From Candidatus Kuenenbacteria bacterium (GTDB taxonomy: Bacteria; Patescibacteriota; Patescibacteriia; UBA11705; JABHMO01): 64,000 nt of DNA. The stretch lies in the NCBI GenBank assembly GCA_013202715.1, contig JABMRF010000007.1, forward strand, positions 72,566 to 136,565. The letters are read 5' to 3'. The notes under the pieces are model-generated. The model had not been told where the DNA came from. It ran no database searches and saw only the letters and a program-made list of their open reading frames with translations. Shown piece by piece: positions 28,390 through 37,669 of this stretch. A program made the position numbers and the translations under genes. How positions within the stretch are numbered: the first letter of the stretch is position 1; the number at the start of each line of letters is the position of its first letter.

Positions 28390-28749
28390 ATGGTTATGAT
28401 AATGGGAATTGTAGCTACAGTAATGCTCTCAATCCTAAGTCTGTGGATTGCACTGCGATTTGACTTGGAAAAAGTACCGGTTCAAACCTGGTCGGATCTA
28501 TTTGTGATTTTTTCTGCTGTGTTGTTTACTCCGTACATGTTCTTTGAATGGTGCTTGTTTTCAAAGGAAGAAGACAAGGAATGGCATAAAAATCATTTGC
28601 AATATCTTCTGTTGGTTGTTATTAATTTGTTACTTTTGGGTATTATCGGCAGATATGTATTTGATGCCCTCAATCTGTACATCGTTCCAATGGTTTGCTT
28701 TATTGTGTATGCATCGGGATTTGCTTACAAAAGAATGAGGCAATCATGA
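28390..28749 (+). CDS. Hypothetical membrane protein
   Basis: 119 aa with 3-4 TM helices. Confidence 0.4.
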   Translation: MVMIMGIVATVMLSILSLWIALRFDLEKVPVQTWSDLFVIFSAVLFTPYMFFEWCLFSKEEDKEWHKNHLQYLLLVVINLLLLGIIGRYVFDALNLYIVPMVCFIVYASGFAYKRMRQS

Positions 28750-28922
28750 TTCGGCAAGATATAATTAGGCTTGCTTCAATAGTAGCTTTCTTGGATACCT
28801 TGTTTATGGATCCCCAATACTTTTATGTGTCAGTATTGGCAATAGCGATGATTATCGCCGGCTTTGAATATTTTCAGTACAAAACTAAAGATAGAACAAC
28901 CCTAAGCAATGACCAGTTATAA
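28746..28922 (+). CDS. Small membrane protein, stop/start-coupled to the upstream gene
   Basis: ATGA overlap with the upstream stop; 58 aa with two hydrophobic helices. Confidence 0.35.
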   Translation: MIRQDIIRLASIVAFLDTLFMDPQYFYVSVLAIAMIIAGFEYFQYKTKDRTTLSNDQL

Positions 28923-28978
28923 AGTAGCTGGTTGTTTTTTTTGCGAAAATTTCATTTTTCAGGTAAAATGAACTGTAT

Positions 28979-30139
28979 ATGCAAGACAAGACCTGGGTCG
29001 AAATATCCCGAGAAAATTTAATTCACAATATCGAGCAATTCCGCCAAAGAGTAGGAGGGGAGGTTAAGTTGGCCGGAGTTGTGAAGTCGAACGCGTATGG
29101 ACATGGACTGGTGGATACGGTTAGCGTGATTGAGCAGTATGTAGATTGGATTGCGGTTGATAGTGTTGACGAAGCCTTGGAGTGTAACTCACTCCGTGAA
29201 GGCGACACGTCGACGTGTCGCCTTCACGTTCTTGTTTTAGGGTACACTTTATTTGACCGGTTGGAAGAGGTAGTTGAAAATGGATTTCATCAGGTCGTGG
29301 CGAATGTCGAAACGTTAGAAGAATTAATTCCGATTTGTGAGAAATTAAATAAGCCGGCTCACATCCATTTGAAAATTGAAACTGGAACTGCACGGCAGGG
29401 GATTTGGCAGGATGACTTACCAAGGTTTTTGGATAAATTTGATAATTGTGAACTTCTTAATATTGCTGGCGTTTCAACTCACTTCGCCAATATTGAAGAT
29501 ACCACTGATCATAGTTACGCTAAACAACAATTAGAAAAATTTAAACAAGCGGTTCAATTTATTGAGCAGTGGGGGAGTGGGAAGTATGAGGGACTAATTA
29601 AACACACCGCTTGCAGTGCTGCTACGGTTTTATTTCCAGAAACGTATTTTGATCTTGTCCGAATCGGAATCAGTATGTATGGCATGTGGTCGTCAACTGA
29701 AACTCAAGTCAGCGCCATGCAAAAGGGGATTCAGATAGATCTCAAGCCGGCTTTAACTTGGAAAACAAAAGTTGGGCATTTGAAAGTTTTACCAGCCGGA
29801 AGCGGAGTTAGTTACGGCTGTACTGAAAAAGTAACAACGGCAACAAAAATTGCCGTTTTACCGATTGGATATTGGGACGGATATGACAGAAAATTATCCA
29901 GTGTTGGGAATGTTTTAATTCGCGGTAAAAGATGTCGAGTTATTGGTCGAGTTTGCATGAATATGATTGTGGTTGATGTCAATCATGTGCCGGATATTCA
30001 GCTTGAAGACGAAGCTGTTTTACTAGGGAAACAAGGTGATGAAGAAATTACAGCGGAAGAGATTGCGCGCAAGGTTGGAACGATTAACTATGAAGTTGTA
30101 ACGAGAATTAATCCACAAATTAGAAGAGTGGCTGTATAA
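28979..30139 (+). CDS. alr: Alanine racemase (PLP-dependent)
   Basis: VVKSNAYGHG PLP-lysine motif; 386 aa; contains an in-frame perfect 34-bp palindrome (see findings). Confidence 0.85.
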   Translation: MQDKTWVEISRENLIHNIEQFRQRVGGEVKLAGVVKSNAYGHGLVDTVSVIEQYVDWIAVDSVDEALECNSLREGDTSTCRLHVLVLGYTLFDRLEEVVENGFHQVVANVETLEELIPICEKLNKPAHIHLKIETGTARQGIWQDDLPRFLDKFDNCELLNIAGVSTHFANIEDTTDHSYAKQQLEKFKQAVQFIEQWGSGKYEGLIKHTACSAATVLFPETYFDLVRIGISMYGMWSSTETQVSAMQKGIQIDLKPALTWKTKVGHLKVLPAGSGVSYGCTEKVTTATKIAVLPIGYWDGYDRKLSSVGNVLIRGKRCRVIGRVCMNMIVVDVNHVPDIQLEDEAVLLGKQGDEEITAEEIARKVGTINYEVVTRINPQIRRVAV

Positions 30140-30146
30140 AGTTAGG

Positions 30147-30196
30147 GAGGTGTAAGGGTTCAAGATTTTGAACCCTTACACCTCTATATCTTTTTT
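30147..30196 (+). terminator. Strong rho-independent terminator after alr
   Basis: 17-bp perfect stem gaggtgtaagggttcaa/ttgaacccttacacctc followed by a T-run. Confidence 0.8.
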
Positions 30197-30199
30197 CCT

Positions 30200-31024
30200 A
30201 TGTCTAAGATTAGTTCAAAGTATCAACACGATTACAAAAACATGGATTACAAAAATCCACGTCTGATTCGTGATAAAGAAAAGACTAAGAAAAGATTTAT
30301 GTCTTTTGTGTTTTGGTTGATTGGAATTGCTTTTTGTGGTGCGGTTTATGGTTTATTGTTTTCTCCTTTTTTTTATATTCAAAACATTCAAGTTAACGGT
30401 TTAGAAAAAGTTAAGCCGGAAAATATAAATAAAATTATAGATGAATACCGATTTAGTAAAAAATATTTTGTGTTTTCTAAGAATAATTTTTGGTTGTTTA
30501 ATAAAAATAATTTACAAGGAAAAGTTTTTGAGCATTATTATTTTGAAGAGTTCAAAATAAAAAAGAGATTGCCAAACAGAATCGAAATCAATTTAAAAGA
30601 AAAAGAATCTGCCATAAATTGGCTGACAAACAATTTGTGTTACCATCTGGATTTGACCGCCATGGCCATTGAATACTGTGAAGGCGGGAATGGTTTATTG
30701 ACTATTAAAGATTTAAGAAATGAAGAATTAAAAGTAGGGGACAGTCCTCTTGAAAAATCAGAATTGAAGTATATCGTTGAATTGAATAATCAAGTTAAAA
30801 ATATCGCCCTGGACAAGCTGCAATTAATAAATATTGAAAAAGATGACAATTTGCTTGACTTTACGACAGAGCAGGGGATTATGATTCGACTTAATTCCGA
30901 TTTAACTATTGGTGAGCAGATTGCGCGGCTGGATACTTTGCTCAATCAGCAGGAAATAAAAGACAATTTTGAAAACTTGAAATATATTGATTTGAGGTTT
31001 GGTGAAAAGGTTTATTGGAAGTAA
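30200..31024 (+). CDS. ftsQ: FtsQ/DivIB-like cell-division protein (POTRA domain)
   Basis: Cytoplasmic N-terminus, single TM (FVFWLIGIAFCGAVYGLLF), then a POTRA-like beta domain (IQNIQVNGLEKV). Confidence 0.55.
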   Translation: MSKISSKYQHDYKNMDYKNPRLIRDKEKTKKRFMSFVFWLIGIAFCGAVYGLLFSPFFYIQNIQVNGLEKVKPENINKIIDEYRFSKKYFVFSKNNFWLFNKNNLQGKVFEHYYFEEFKIKKRLPNRIEINLKEKESAINWLTNNLCYHLDLTAMAIEYCEGGNGLLTIKDLRNEELKVGDSPLEKSELKYIVELNNQVKNIALDKLQLINIEKDDNLLDFTTEQGIMIRLNSDLTIGEQIARLDTLLNQQEIKDNFENLKYIDLRFGEKVYWK

Positions 31025-31123
31025 ATTTTAGAAGGTCTTGACGGTCAAGTTAGTTTTTTCTAATCTCGTAAATCCAATAAAAAAGAGTCCAGTTCATTGA
31101 ACCGGATTCTTTTTGAGGTTTAT

Positions 31124-31639
31124 CTATTGTGCTGTAATACCATATAATTTGCAATTCACAGCTGCGCCATTACAGCGAACAATCTTTTTTGGATAAACTC
31201 GACGAAGGGTACCCTTGACGAACATCAGATGCGACCGAATCACTTCTGTTTCAAGGCTGAGCATAACATCATCTCTCCAAGTATAGGCTTCAAATGAACG
31301 ATCAGCCCATACTTCTCCTTTTTCAATGCACACCTTCACGGAAAAGCCCGCGCCAAAACCCTCGAAATACAGACAGTCATCAAGTGTCTCACTGGGGAAA
31401 ATCAGGCGTGCTGTCTTCTGCATCTCAGGGCCAGATACATGGTTGCCAGCATCTGGTACGTAGACCAGCTGGACGTCACGTAGATCTGCACTGTCCGGCT
31501 TGTCTGGCCAAGCCACAAAAAAACCGGGCTCTGTTTCCTTCTTGGTTTCAGTCTTGTCCTTGGCTACAGTCAGGGTTGTACCACCAAGCACCATCACCAA
31601 AGACAAAATTACCACCAAACAAGCTCTCAGACTCTTCAT
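31124..31639 (-). CDS. Secreted/lipoprotein-like hypothetical protein (~50% GC)
   Basis: AAGGAGG RBS; signal peptide MKSLRACLVVILSLVMVLGG. Confidence 0.45.
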   Translation of the reverse strand: MKSLRACLVVILSLVMVLGGTTLTVAKDKTETKKETEPGFFVAWPDKPDSADLRDVQLVYVPDAGNHVSGPEMQKTARLIFPSETLDDCLYFEGFGAGFSVKVCIEKGEVWADRSFEAYTWRDDVMLSLETEVIRSHLMFVKGTLRRVYPKKIVRCNGAAVNCKLYGITAQ

Positions 31640-31729
31640 GCATACCTCCTTTGCAAATATAGACACCAAAACCATTTCGCATAAGTATAGCATTATAATA
31701 ATATCCTGTCAATAGCATTTTTTTTGCCC

Positions 31730-31759
31730 TTGACATATTTAAATTAATTTGCTATAATA
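31730..31759 (+). promoter_or_regulatory. Promoter TTGACA-18-TGcTATAAT
   Basis: Consensus hexamers upstream of the 31796 gene. Confidence 0.5.
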
Positions 31760-31795
31760 TTTTGTGACCTTGATTTAAATCAAAAGGAGTACAAC

Positions 31796-32221
31796 ATGGG
31801 TCAATTTGACGAGTCAAGGACTGTTGACAAGATGGGTTTGGTTCGGAAGCTGGAAAGTGAACTTGGCTACCTTGAGGCACAGTACGGTTTTGTGATCGGA
31901 AGATCACTTGAATTCGTTTCACTGGCTGGCGCTCTCCTGGAAATGCGCAAGCGCGCACGAGAAGCGAACAAGAGGCGGGTTTTGTATTGGCGGAAAAAGG
32001 ACGTAGAGGCTTTCCTAAAGAATAGGGAAGTTGGAATCAAAATTTACTGTGTTTGTTTGGGCAGTGATTTTCGTATGCCAATGTATACAGATCCAGAAGA
32101 GATTGCCAACGCGGTCGGATATCTCAAACGCGAACTGCACATGGACGGCTTTCTTGTTGATTGGACAGGTGATACCAACGACCCAATCATGGTCAGGGAT
32201 AATGAGTATATTGAAGAATAG
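31796..32221 (+). CDS. Hypothetical protein
   Basis: AAGGAG RBS; 141 aa; no motif. Confidence 0.45.
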   Translation: MGQFDESRTVDKMGLVRKLESELGYLEAQYGFVIGRSLEFVSLAGALLEMRKRAREANKRRVLYWRKKDVEAFLKNREVGIKIYCVCLGSDFRMPMYTDPEEIANAVGYLKRELHMDGFLVDWTGDTNDPIMVRDNEYIEE

Positions 32222-32363
32222 GTTAGATAGACAGTACAATGAGCTGAGCATTCAGAATGCCCAGTTCTTTTTATTTATAAAATATTGTTGACAGTATCCG
32301 TAAATTTATATAAGCTTAAACAATGAGTCAGTGATAGTTCCTTGACAAAAAGGGGGAGTGGAG

Positions 32364-33422
32364 ATGTTAGAAGTAGACGTAGCTAGAAATGTTAAGACGG
32401 TTAAACCGCCAGTTATTGGACTGGACATTGGCACATCAAGTGTAAAACTGGTTGAGTTACAGTCAGTTGACGATGGGTTGAAGTTGAAAATTTTTGATTA
32501 TGTTCCTTTAGACCCTGGTGTAATTGTAGATGGAAAAATCATTAATGCTGAGAATGTGGCAGTTCCAATCAATTTAATGGTTGTACGCCATAATCTTCAT
32601 GGTCGAAAAGCAGTGATAAGCGTTGGTGGATTAAGTGTTATCCATAAATTGATCAATCTGCCGGAAATGAGTCAAGCAGATTTAAATGCTTTAATGGACG
32701 CGGAAGCTGAAATTTACATCCCATTTGATATTGCAGATGTATATGTTGATTCAGTAATTATAGGATCTGATACCTCTGGTCATATGAAAGTCCTCTTGAC
32801 CGCTGCCAAAAGGGAACTGGTGGATAAATACCTGAACGTTGTGATTGCGGCTGGCCTGGATCCAATTTATATTGATTCAGACATGTATGCCATGTTCAAC
32901 GTGTTTGCTACCACATCTGAGTACTCGACTGACGATAAGGTTATTTTGCTGGATATTGGTGACTCGATGATGCGAGTCGTGGCCGTTAAAAACGGTGTGA
33001 TTGAGTTCATGCGTGAGATTCCTTTAGGGGGCGCTTTGCTAACTGAAGAAATTGCTCGAGAGCGGGGAATCAGTTGGCTAAAGGCTGAACAAATAAAATT
33101 GGAGACGAGCTCTTTCCCAGATGCGCTAGATTTACAAAAGGTGTATAACCGTGTAGTTGGATCTCTAGTTGAGGAAATTAATCGCGCAGTGGACTTTTAC
33201 ACTGCAGTCACAGTTGATGGTGGCCCGAGTAAAGTATTTGCTTTTGGCGGTGGAGCAAAAACTCCAACCTTACGAGAAAAGCTCGCAGAAAAATTGGGCA
33301 TCCCAGTTGAGCTTGGTCAACCATTACAAAGCATCAGAATCGACACAAGTTGGGCTAAGTCGCTCGAGGAGAGACAGGCTGATTTGGCTGTAGTTATTGG
33401 CCTGGCCATGCGCCAAGAGTAG
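32364..33422 (+). CDS. pilM: Type IV pilus assembly protein PilM (copy 1)
   Basis: Actin-like ATPase fold; N-terminal IGLDIGTSSVKLVEL; PilM-type ADVYVDS...AAKRELVDKY...AGLDPIYIDSDMYAMFN block. Confidence 0.75.
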   Translation: MLEVDVARNVKTVKPPVIGLDIGTSSVKLVELQSVDDGLKLKIFDYVPLDPGVIVDGKIINAENVAVPINLMVVRHNLHGRKAVISVGGLSVIHKLINLPEMSQADLNALMDAEAEIYIPFDIADVYVDSVIIGSDTSGHMKVLLTAAKRELVDKYLNVVIAAGLDPIYIDSDMYAMFNVFATTSEYSTDDKVILLDIGDSMMRVVAVKNGVIEFMREIPLGGALLTEEIARERGISWLKAEQIKLETSSFPDALDLQKVYNRVVGSLVEEINRAVDFYTAVTVDGGPSKVFAFGGGAKTPTLREKLAEKLGIPVELGQPLQSIRIDTSWAKSLEERQADLAVVIGLAMRQE

Positions 33423-33553
33423 GTGAGTGACATAACCGTGTATCAGGGATATACGGTTTTTTATTTATAAAATATTATTGACAATTTTCGTAAATTTATA
33501 TAAGATTAAACAGTCAGTCAGTGGTAGTTCCTTGACAAAAAGGGGGAGTGGAG

Positions 33554-34795
33554 ATGTTAAAAACCAATCTGATTAACAGACGGGAAGAAAAAAACAAAAG
33601 TAGAACTTCTCGTAGATGGCATGAATCAAAAGCTGGTTTTGAGTTAGGTCTCATTATTGGTAAATGGCAGCCAAGAATTACATTCTGCAATCAAGGTTTT
33701 CCAGGTCTGTCGCGTATGACGCAATACATTACTCAATTACTCAAATTTCCTGCTCGACCACTTATCGGGATTGATATTGGTTCGTCGAGCATTAAACTTG
33801 TTGAATTAAAACAAGTCATGGGGAAAATGATCCTGAAGAAGTGTGATTGGATTTCTTTGGAAAGCGGAACTATTGTTGATGGCGCTGTGATGTATATTGA
33901 GATACTTCAAGATGCTATTGATGAACTTGTTGCACGTAATAATATCAAAGGTAGGCGAGTGGCCATTAGTGTTAGTGGAAACAGTGTTATTATAAAACGA
34001 ATTTGTCTGCCTGAAATGAACCAAGCTGAGCTCGAAAGTAGTATCATGTGGGAAGCTGAACAGTATATTCCATTTGATATTTCAGAATGCTACGTTGACG
34101 CTGTTATTACACAGCCGGACGTAGGTCAAGATCAAATGGCTGTACTTTTGTCAGCCGCCAAAAAAGTTGAGATTGATAATTATCTGGAGATTTTGAAGAA
34201 AGCAGGTCTTAAGCCAGTAGTTGTTGATATTGATACTTATACTTTGTTTAATCTATTTACCAATTCAGCTAACTATTCGGAAGATGAGACAGTGGTGCTT
34301 TTGAACGTTGGCAATTCTATGATGAATGTCATGGTTATTGAAAAGGGTCAGCTTGTTTTTACACGTGATATTACTGCTCTAGCTGGTAGTTTGTTGACTG
34401 AAGAAATCTCGCGTAAGTTTGCCCTGACCTATCAAGAGTCTGAGAGTTATAAAACCGGAGATTCAGAATCAGTTTTGTCGATTGGAGTTCAAAAAGAAAT
34501 TGATGGTCTGTCTGGGCGGGTAGCTTCAACTTTGACTACAGAAGTTCATCGGGCAATTGAATTTCACAAAGCGGTCTCAATTGGAGATAAAATTACAAAA
34601 GCCTATCTTTATGGTGGTGGATCAAACATGACCACTCTGAGAGAACAGATTGCTCAAAGACTGAAAATACCAGTTGAACTTGGTCAACCAATACAAGGAA
34701 TCGAAATTACTCATGGTCTTGCAAATAAAGAAATCGTAAAAGCCAAAGCCATTGAGTTTGGCGTAGCTATTGGCCTGGCCATGCGCAAAGGGTAG
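33554..34795 (+). CDS. pilM: Type IV pilus assembly protein PilM (copy 2, ~60-aa N-terminal extension)
   Basis: Paralog of copy 1 (GIDIGSSSIKLVEL; VDIDTYTLFN); carries a duplicated upstream module and terminator. Confidence 0.75.
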   Translation: MLKTNLINRREEKNKSRTSRRWHESKAGFELGLIIGKWQPRITFCNQGFPGLSRMTQYITQLLKFPARPLIGIDIGSSSIKLVELKQVMGKMILKKCDWISLESGTIVDGAVMYIEILQDAIDELVARNNIKGRRVAISVSGNSVIIKRICLPEMNQAELESSIMWEAEQYIPFDISECYVDAVITQPDVGQDQMAVLLSAAKKVEIDNYLEILKKAGLKPVVVDIDTYTLFNLFTNSANYSEDETVVLLNVGNSMMNVMVIEKGQLVFTRDITALAGSLLTEEISRKFALTYQESESYKTGDSESVLSIGVQKEIDGLSGRVASTLTTEVHRAIEFHKAVSIGDKITKAYLYGGGSNMTTLREQIAQRLKIPVELGQPIQGIEITHGLANKEIVKAKAIEFGVAIGLAMRKG

Positions 34796-34910
34796 GGAAG
34801 TGATATAACCGTGTATCAAGGATATGCGGTTTTTTTATTTATCCTATTGTAATATAATTTGATATGTGATTATATAAATACAGGCCACAATTTGAAAAGG
34901 AGCGTATAAG

Positions 34911-35390
34911 ATGTATCCCTTTGATCTCGAACTTTTAATCACTCTTTTGTGCAACTCTAAATTTTGGTGCGACAGACTTACGGATATCAACCTCGATAGA
35001 GTGTTTCCCGACTGGAACTTCATGGGAAGTGGGGGAGGGGCACATCCGATTGGCACAATCGACAACCACTGGAACTATGACGTAGTTGGATTTGAGAGAT
35101 GGAGACTGATCGTCTTTTGTCTCAAGTTCATCGCCCAGGGTGAGACACTTCAGCTCCCATACGAGCTTCTCCCACTGTGGTACCCAGATCGACCGGTACC
35201 CATCTGGAAAGTCCACCCAGACGGCCAGATCTCTATCCGTGGGCCACTGCCACCGTTACACGATCTGCAGCTTACCCTGGAGCCCTTTCAACTGAACCCG
35301 AAGTTGGGTATCTGTATATCCAACAGAGCGAAGTTTCTCCTCATCGAGGAAAGAATAGCCGCTCCTAGTGAATTTCCACTCTCTCTATGA
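34911..35390 (+). CDS. Hypothetical protein (~50% GC)
   Basis: AAGGAG RBS; 159 aa, W/P-rich. Confidence 0.45.
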   Translation: MYPFDLELLITLLCNSKFWCDRLTDINLDRVFPDWNFMGSGGGAHPIGTIDNHWNYDVVGFERWRLIVFCLKFIAQGETLQLPYELLPLWYPDRPVPIWKVHPDGQISIRGPLPPLHDLQLTLEPFQLNPKLGICISNRAKFLLIEERIAAPSEFPLSL

Positions 35391-35482
35391 AAGTGGCGAA
35401 AGAATCATCAGAACTGCTGGCGGAGCAGGGGATTGACTGGAAAACGCCCAGCGAGATGAATCCGGAAAGTCTTTTCGACTAG
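35387..35482 (+). CDS. Possible 31-aa small ORF, stop/start-coupled (ATGA) to the 34911 gene
   Basis: MKVAKESSELLAEQGIDWKTPSEMNPESLFD, followed immediately by the strong terminator at 35490. Confidence 0.2.
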   Translation: MKVAKESSELLAEQGIDWKTPSEMNPESLFD

Positions 35483-35489
35483 ACAAACG

Positions 35490-35523
35490 TATCGAGGCAA
35501 TCTTGTTGCCTCGATTTTTTATT
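35490..35523 (+). terminator. Rho-independent terminator
   Basis: atcgaggcaa tctt gttgcctcgat + TTTTTTAT. Confidence 0.75.
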
Positions 35524-36182
35524 TGCTTAATTTTCCACCCTCTTGAAATATTTTACGACACTTAACTTTTTGGAAATAAAAAAAAGAGAGTGGAGTAAAA
35601 AGTTAAGAAAAAGATAAAAAACACAAAAAAGGGGGGCAATAGAGAAGTTCAAAAAAATCTTTAAAAACCGTATATGGTTTTTAAATTTTAAATTTAAAAT
35701 TTTAAAAATTATTTTAAATATAAGAATGTAAATATATTTATTATAGATATAAATAGCCTGAGTCAATGATTGTCTAAAATTAGCACTAAATTGGTCATTA
35801 TAAAGGATCCAACAAAGCCCATATTACCCTATTTTGAAGGTTTGTTAAGGCTAATGTATTGCCTAAATTTAGCCAAAAAACAAGCCTCAAAACTGCGCTG
35901 TAAAGCGCCCAAATATCCTTTGAATACCATGGCACCTGTGAACTCTTGTTTTTTATCTAAATTTAGTACAAATTAACTCAATTTCCGCCATAGGCGGATC
36001 AGCCTTTGGCTGAAACTTAATCAACTGAGCCCTTACTTATCCACAGATGAATAGGTATAGTGCTTGGAGCTAGAATTCAACTGTATTACAATATAAATAG
36101 GTTAGCGTCTATAAATTAGTATTATGCGACACGGGCATACTTAATTTCTAATTAATCTAATTGCACTAATTTCTAATTTTCT

Positions 36183-37133
36183 ATGACTATCATAAAACTG
36201 ATCACCCACTTCCTCGATTATACTGACGTGGAAAAAGGATTGTCAAAAAAAACTCAGGAAAATTATGCCAGATGCCTGGAACGATTTAGGCGTTGGTTGG
36301 TTGACAGCAACATGCAAAATCTCCTCCCCCATGAGCTAACTAGCGAAATTGTTTGGCAATATAGACTTTTTTTGTCACGCAAAGCGATCTCAAAAAAAAC
36401 CAAAGCTGAACTGTCAAAAAAAACCCAAAATATGTATTTGATCGCACTCCGTGGGCTTCTCAGTTATTTCTCAGTGCGCGATATCCCTTCCCTCTCCCCT
36501 GACAAAATACGCCTTGCAAAACAAGAAAAAAATCATAGTGTACACTTTTTGTCTTTGGAAAAAGTCAAAAGATTACTTGATTCTCCGGCGGGAAATGATT
36601 TAACTTCAAAGAGAGATAAGGCAATTTTGGAATCATTGTTTTCTACAGGTTTTCGTGTTTCTGAATTAGTTCAATTGGATCGTGATCATATTAGTGTAAA
36701 AAATACAAATAAAGTGGTGGAGTATAGTGTCACGGGTAAAGGAAATAAAACTCGAACGGTCTATTTTTCTCTGAGAGCTCTCAGTGCAATACAGGCATAT
36801 CTTGGCGCACGCGAGGATATTGACCAGGCCATGTTCATAAATTATTCTCCAACTGCACCTGACGTTGGTTCTCGTCGGCTTACGGCCAGATCCATCGAAC
36901 GTATAGTAAAAAAGTATGTAAAATTAGCTGGTCTTCCCTTGAATACAACTCCTCATACTCTGCGTCATTCGTTTGCAACTGACCTACTAAATCAGGGCGT
37001 TGATATCCGTATGGTCCAGGAGTTCTTAGGTCACGAAGACATTTCAACCACTCAAATTTACACTCATGTTACCAACAAAAATCTTCGTGATATTTATACA
37101 AAATTTCACGGCGGGAAACGGTCTGAAAAGTAG
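36183..37133 (+). CDS. Tyrosine site-specific recombinase (XerC/XerD/phage-integrase family)
   Basis: C-terminal catalytic box HTLRHSFATDLLNQGVDIRMVQEFLGHEDISTTQIYTHV (R..HxxR..Y); N-terminal core-binding domain with K-rich insertions. Confidence 0.8.
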   Translation: MTIIKLITHFLDYTDVEKGLSKKTQENYARCLERFRRWLVDSNMQNLLPHELTSEIVWQYRLFLSRKAISKKTKAELSKKTQNMYLIALRGLLSYFSVRDIPSLSPDKIRLAKQEKNHSVHFLSLEKVKRLLDSPAGNDLTSKRDKAILESLFSTGFRVSELVQLDRDHISVKNTNKVVEYSVTGKGNKTRTVYFSLRALSAIQAYLGAREDIDQAMFINYSPTAPDVGSRRLTARSIERIVKKYVKLAGLPLNTTPHTLRHSFATDLLNQGVDIRMVQEFLGHEDISTTQIYTHVTNKNLRDIYTKFHGGKRSEK

Positions 37134-37289
37134 TTATTTTTATCCACAGTTTACTTCAATTTACTATGAAGAGAACGAAAAAAATGGTATAATAAATATG
37201 TGATAAAAACTATGAGCATTTACGTACCGCTCTACAAATTAAGTTTTAAAAAACTTATTAATTTATTTTGATTATTAAGCATATTTTTT

Positions 37290-37538
37290 ATGAAAAAAAT
37301 TTGGCAATTCATAGGAGGACTCTTCATCTTTTTCCGTAAACATACCTGGATCACTCCCCTACTCCTGGTAGGTGTGATAATAATTCAGTTTGTTTTGTTG
37401 GGATTAATTTGTTTTCGGGTAAATAATTTTCAAAGCGATTTTGAAATTTATCGTAATGATAATTCAAAAAGAACAAACCAGATTTATAGTCAGGTTTTTT
37501 TATTGAATCAGCGAGTAGGACAAGTTCTTGAAAAATAG
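37290..37538 (+). CDS. Small hypothetical membrane protein
   Basis: 82 aa with one or two TM helices. Confidence 0.35.
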   Translation: MKKIWQFIGGLFIFFRKHTWITPLLLVGVIIIQFVLLGLICFRVNNFQSDFEIYRNDNSKRTNQIYSQVFLLNQRVGQVLEK

Positions 37539-37669
37539 TAGGTAAACGGAGTACGAATATAAAATTATGATTATGAATCCATACATCCGTATCAATCCGT
37601 AATCCGTACAAAAAAAATAAAAAATTTATATATATAATAAAAAATAAAACTAAATTAAAATTTAAATTT

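Noticed and set aside
32288-32314. pilM promoter TTGACA...TATATAAG
   Set aside because: Spacer of only 13-15 nt to any TATA-like hexamer; the duplicated upstream module is reported as a finding rather than called a promoter.
35716-35760. dif site upstream of the Xer recombinase
   Set aside because: Only loose similarity to 11-6-11 dif consensus (ATGTAAA core); cannot be distinguished from AT-rich background by eye.
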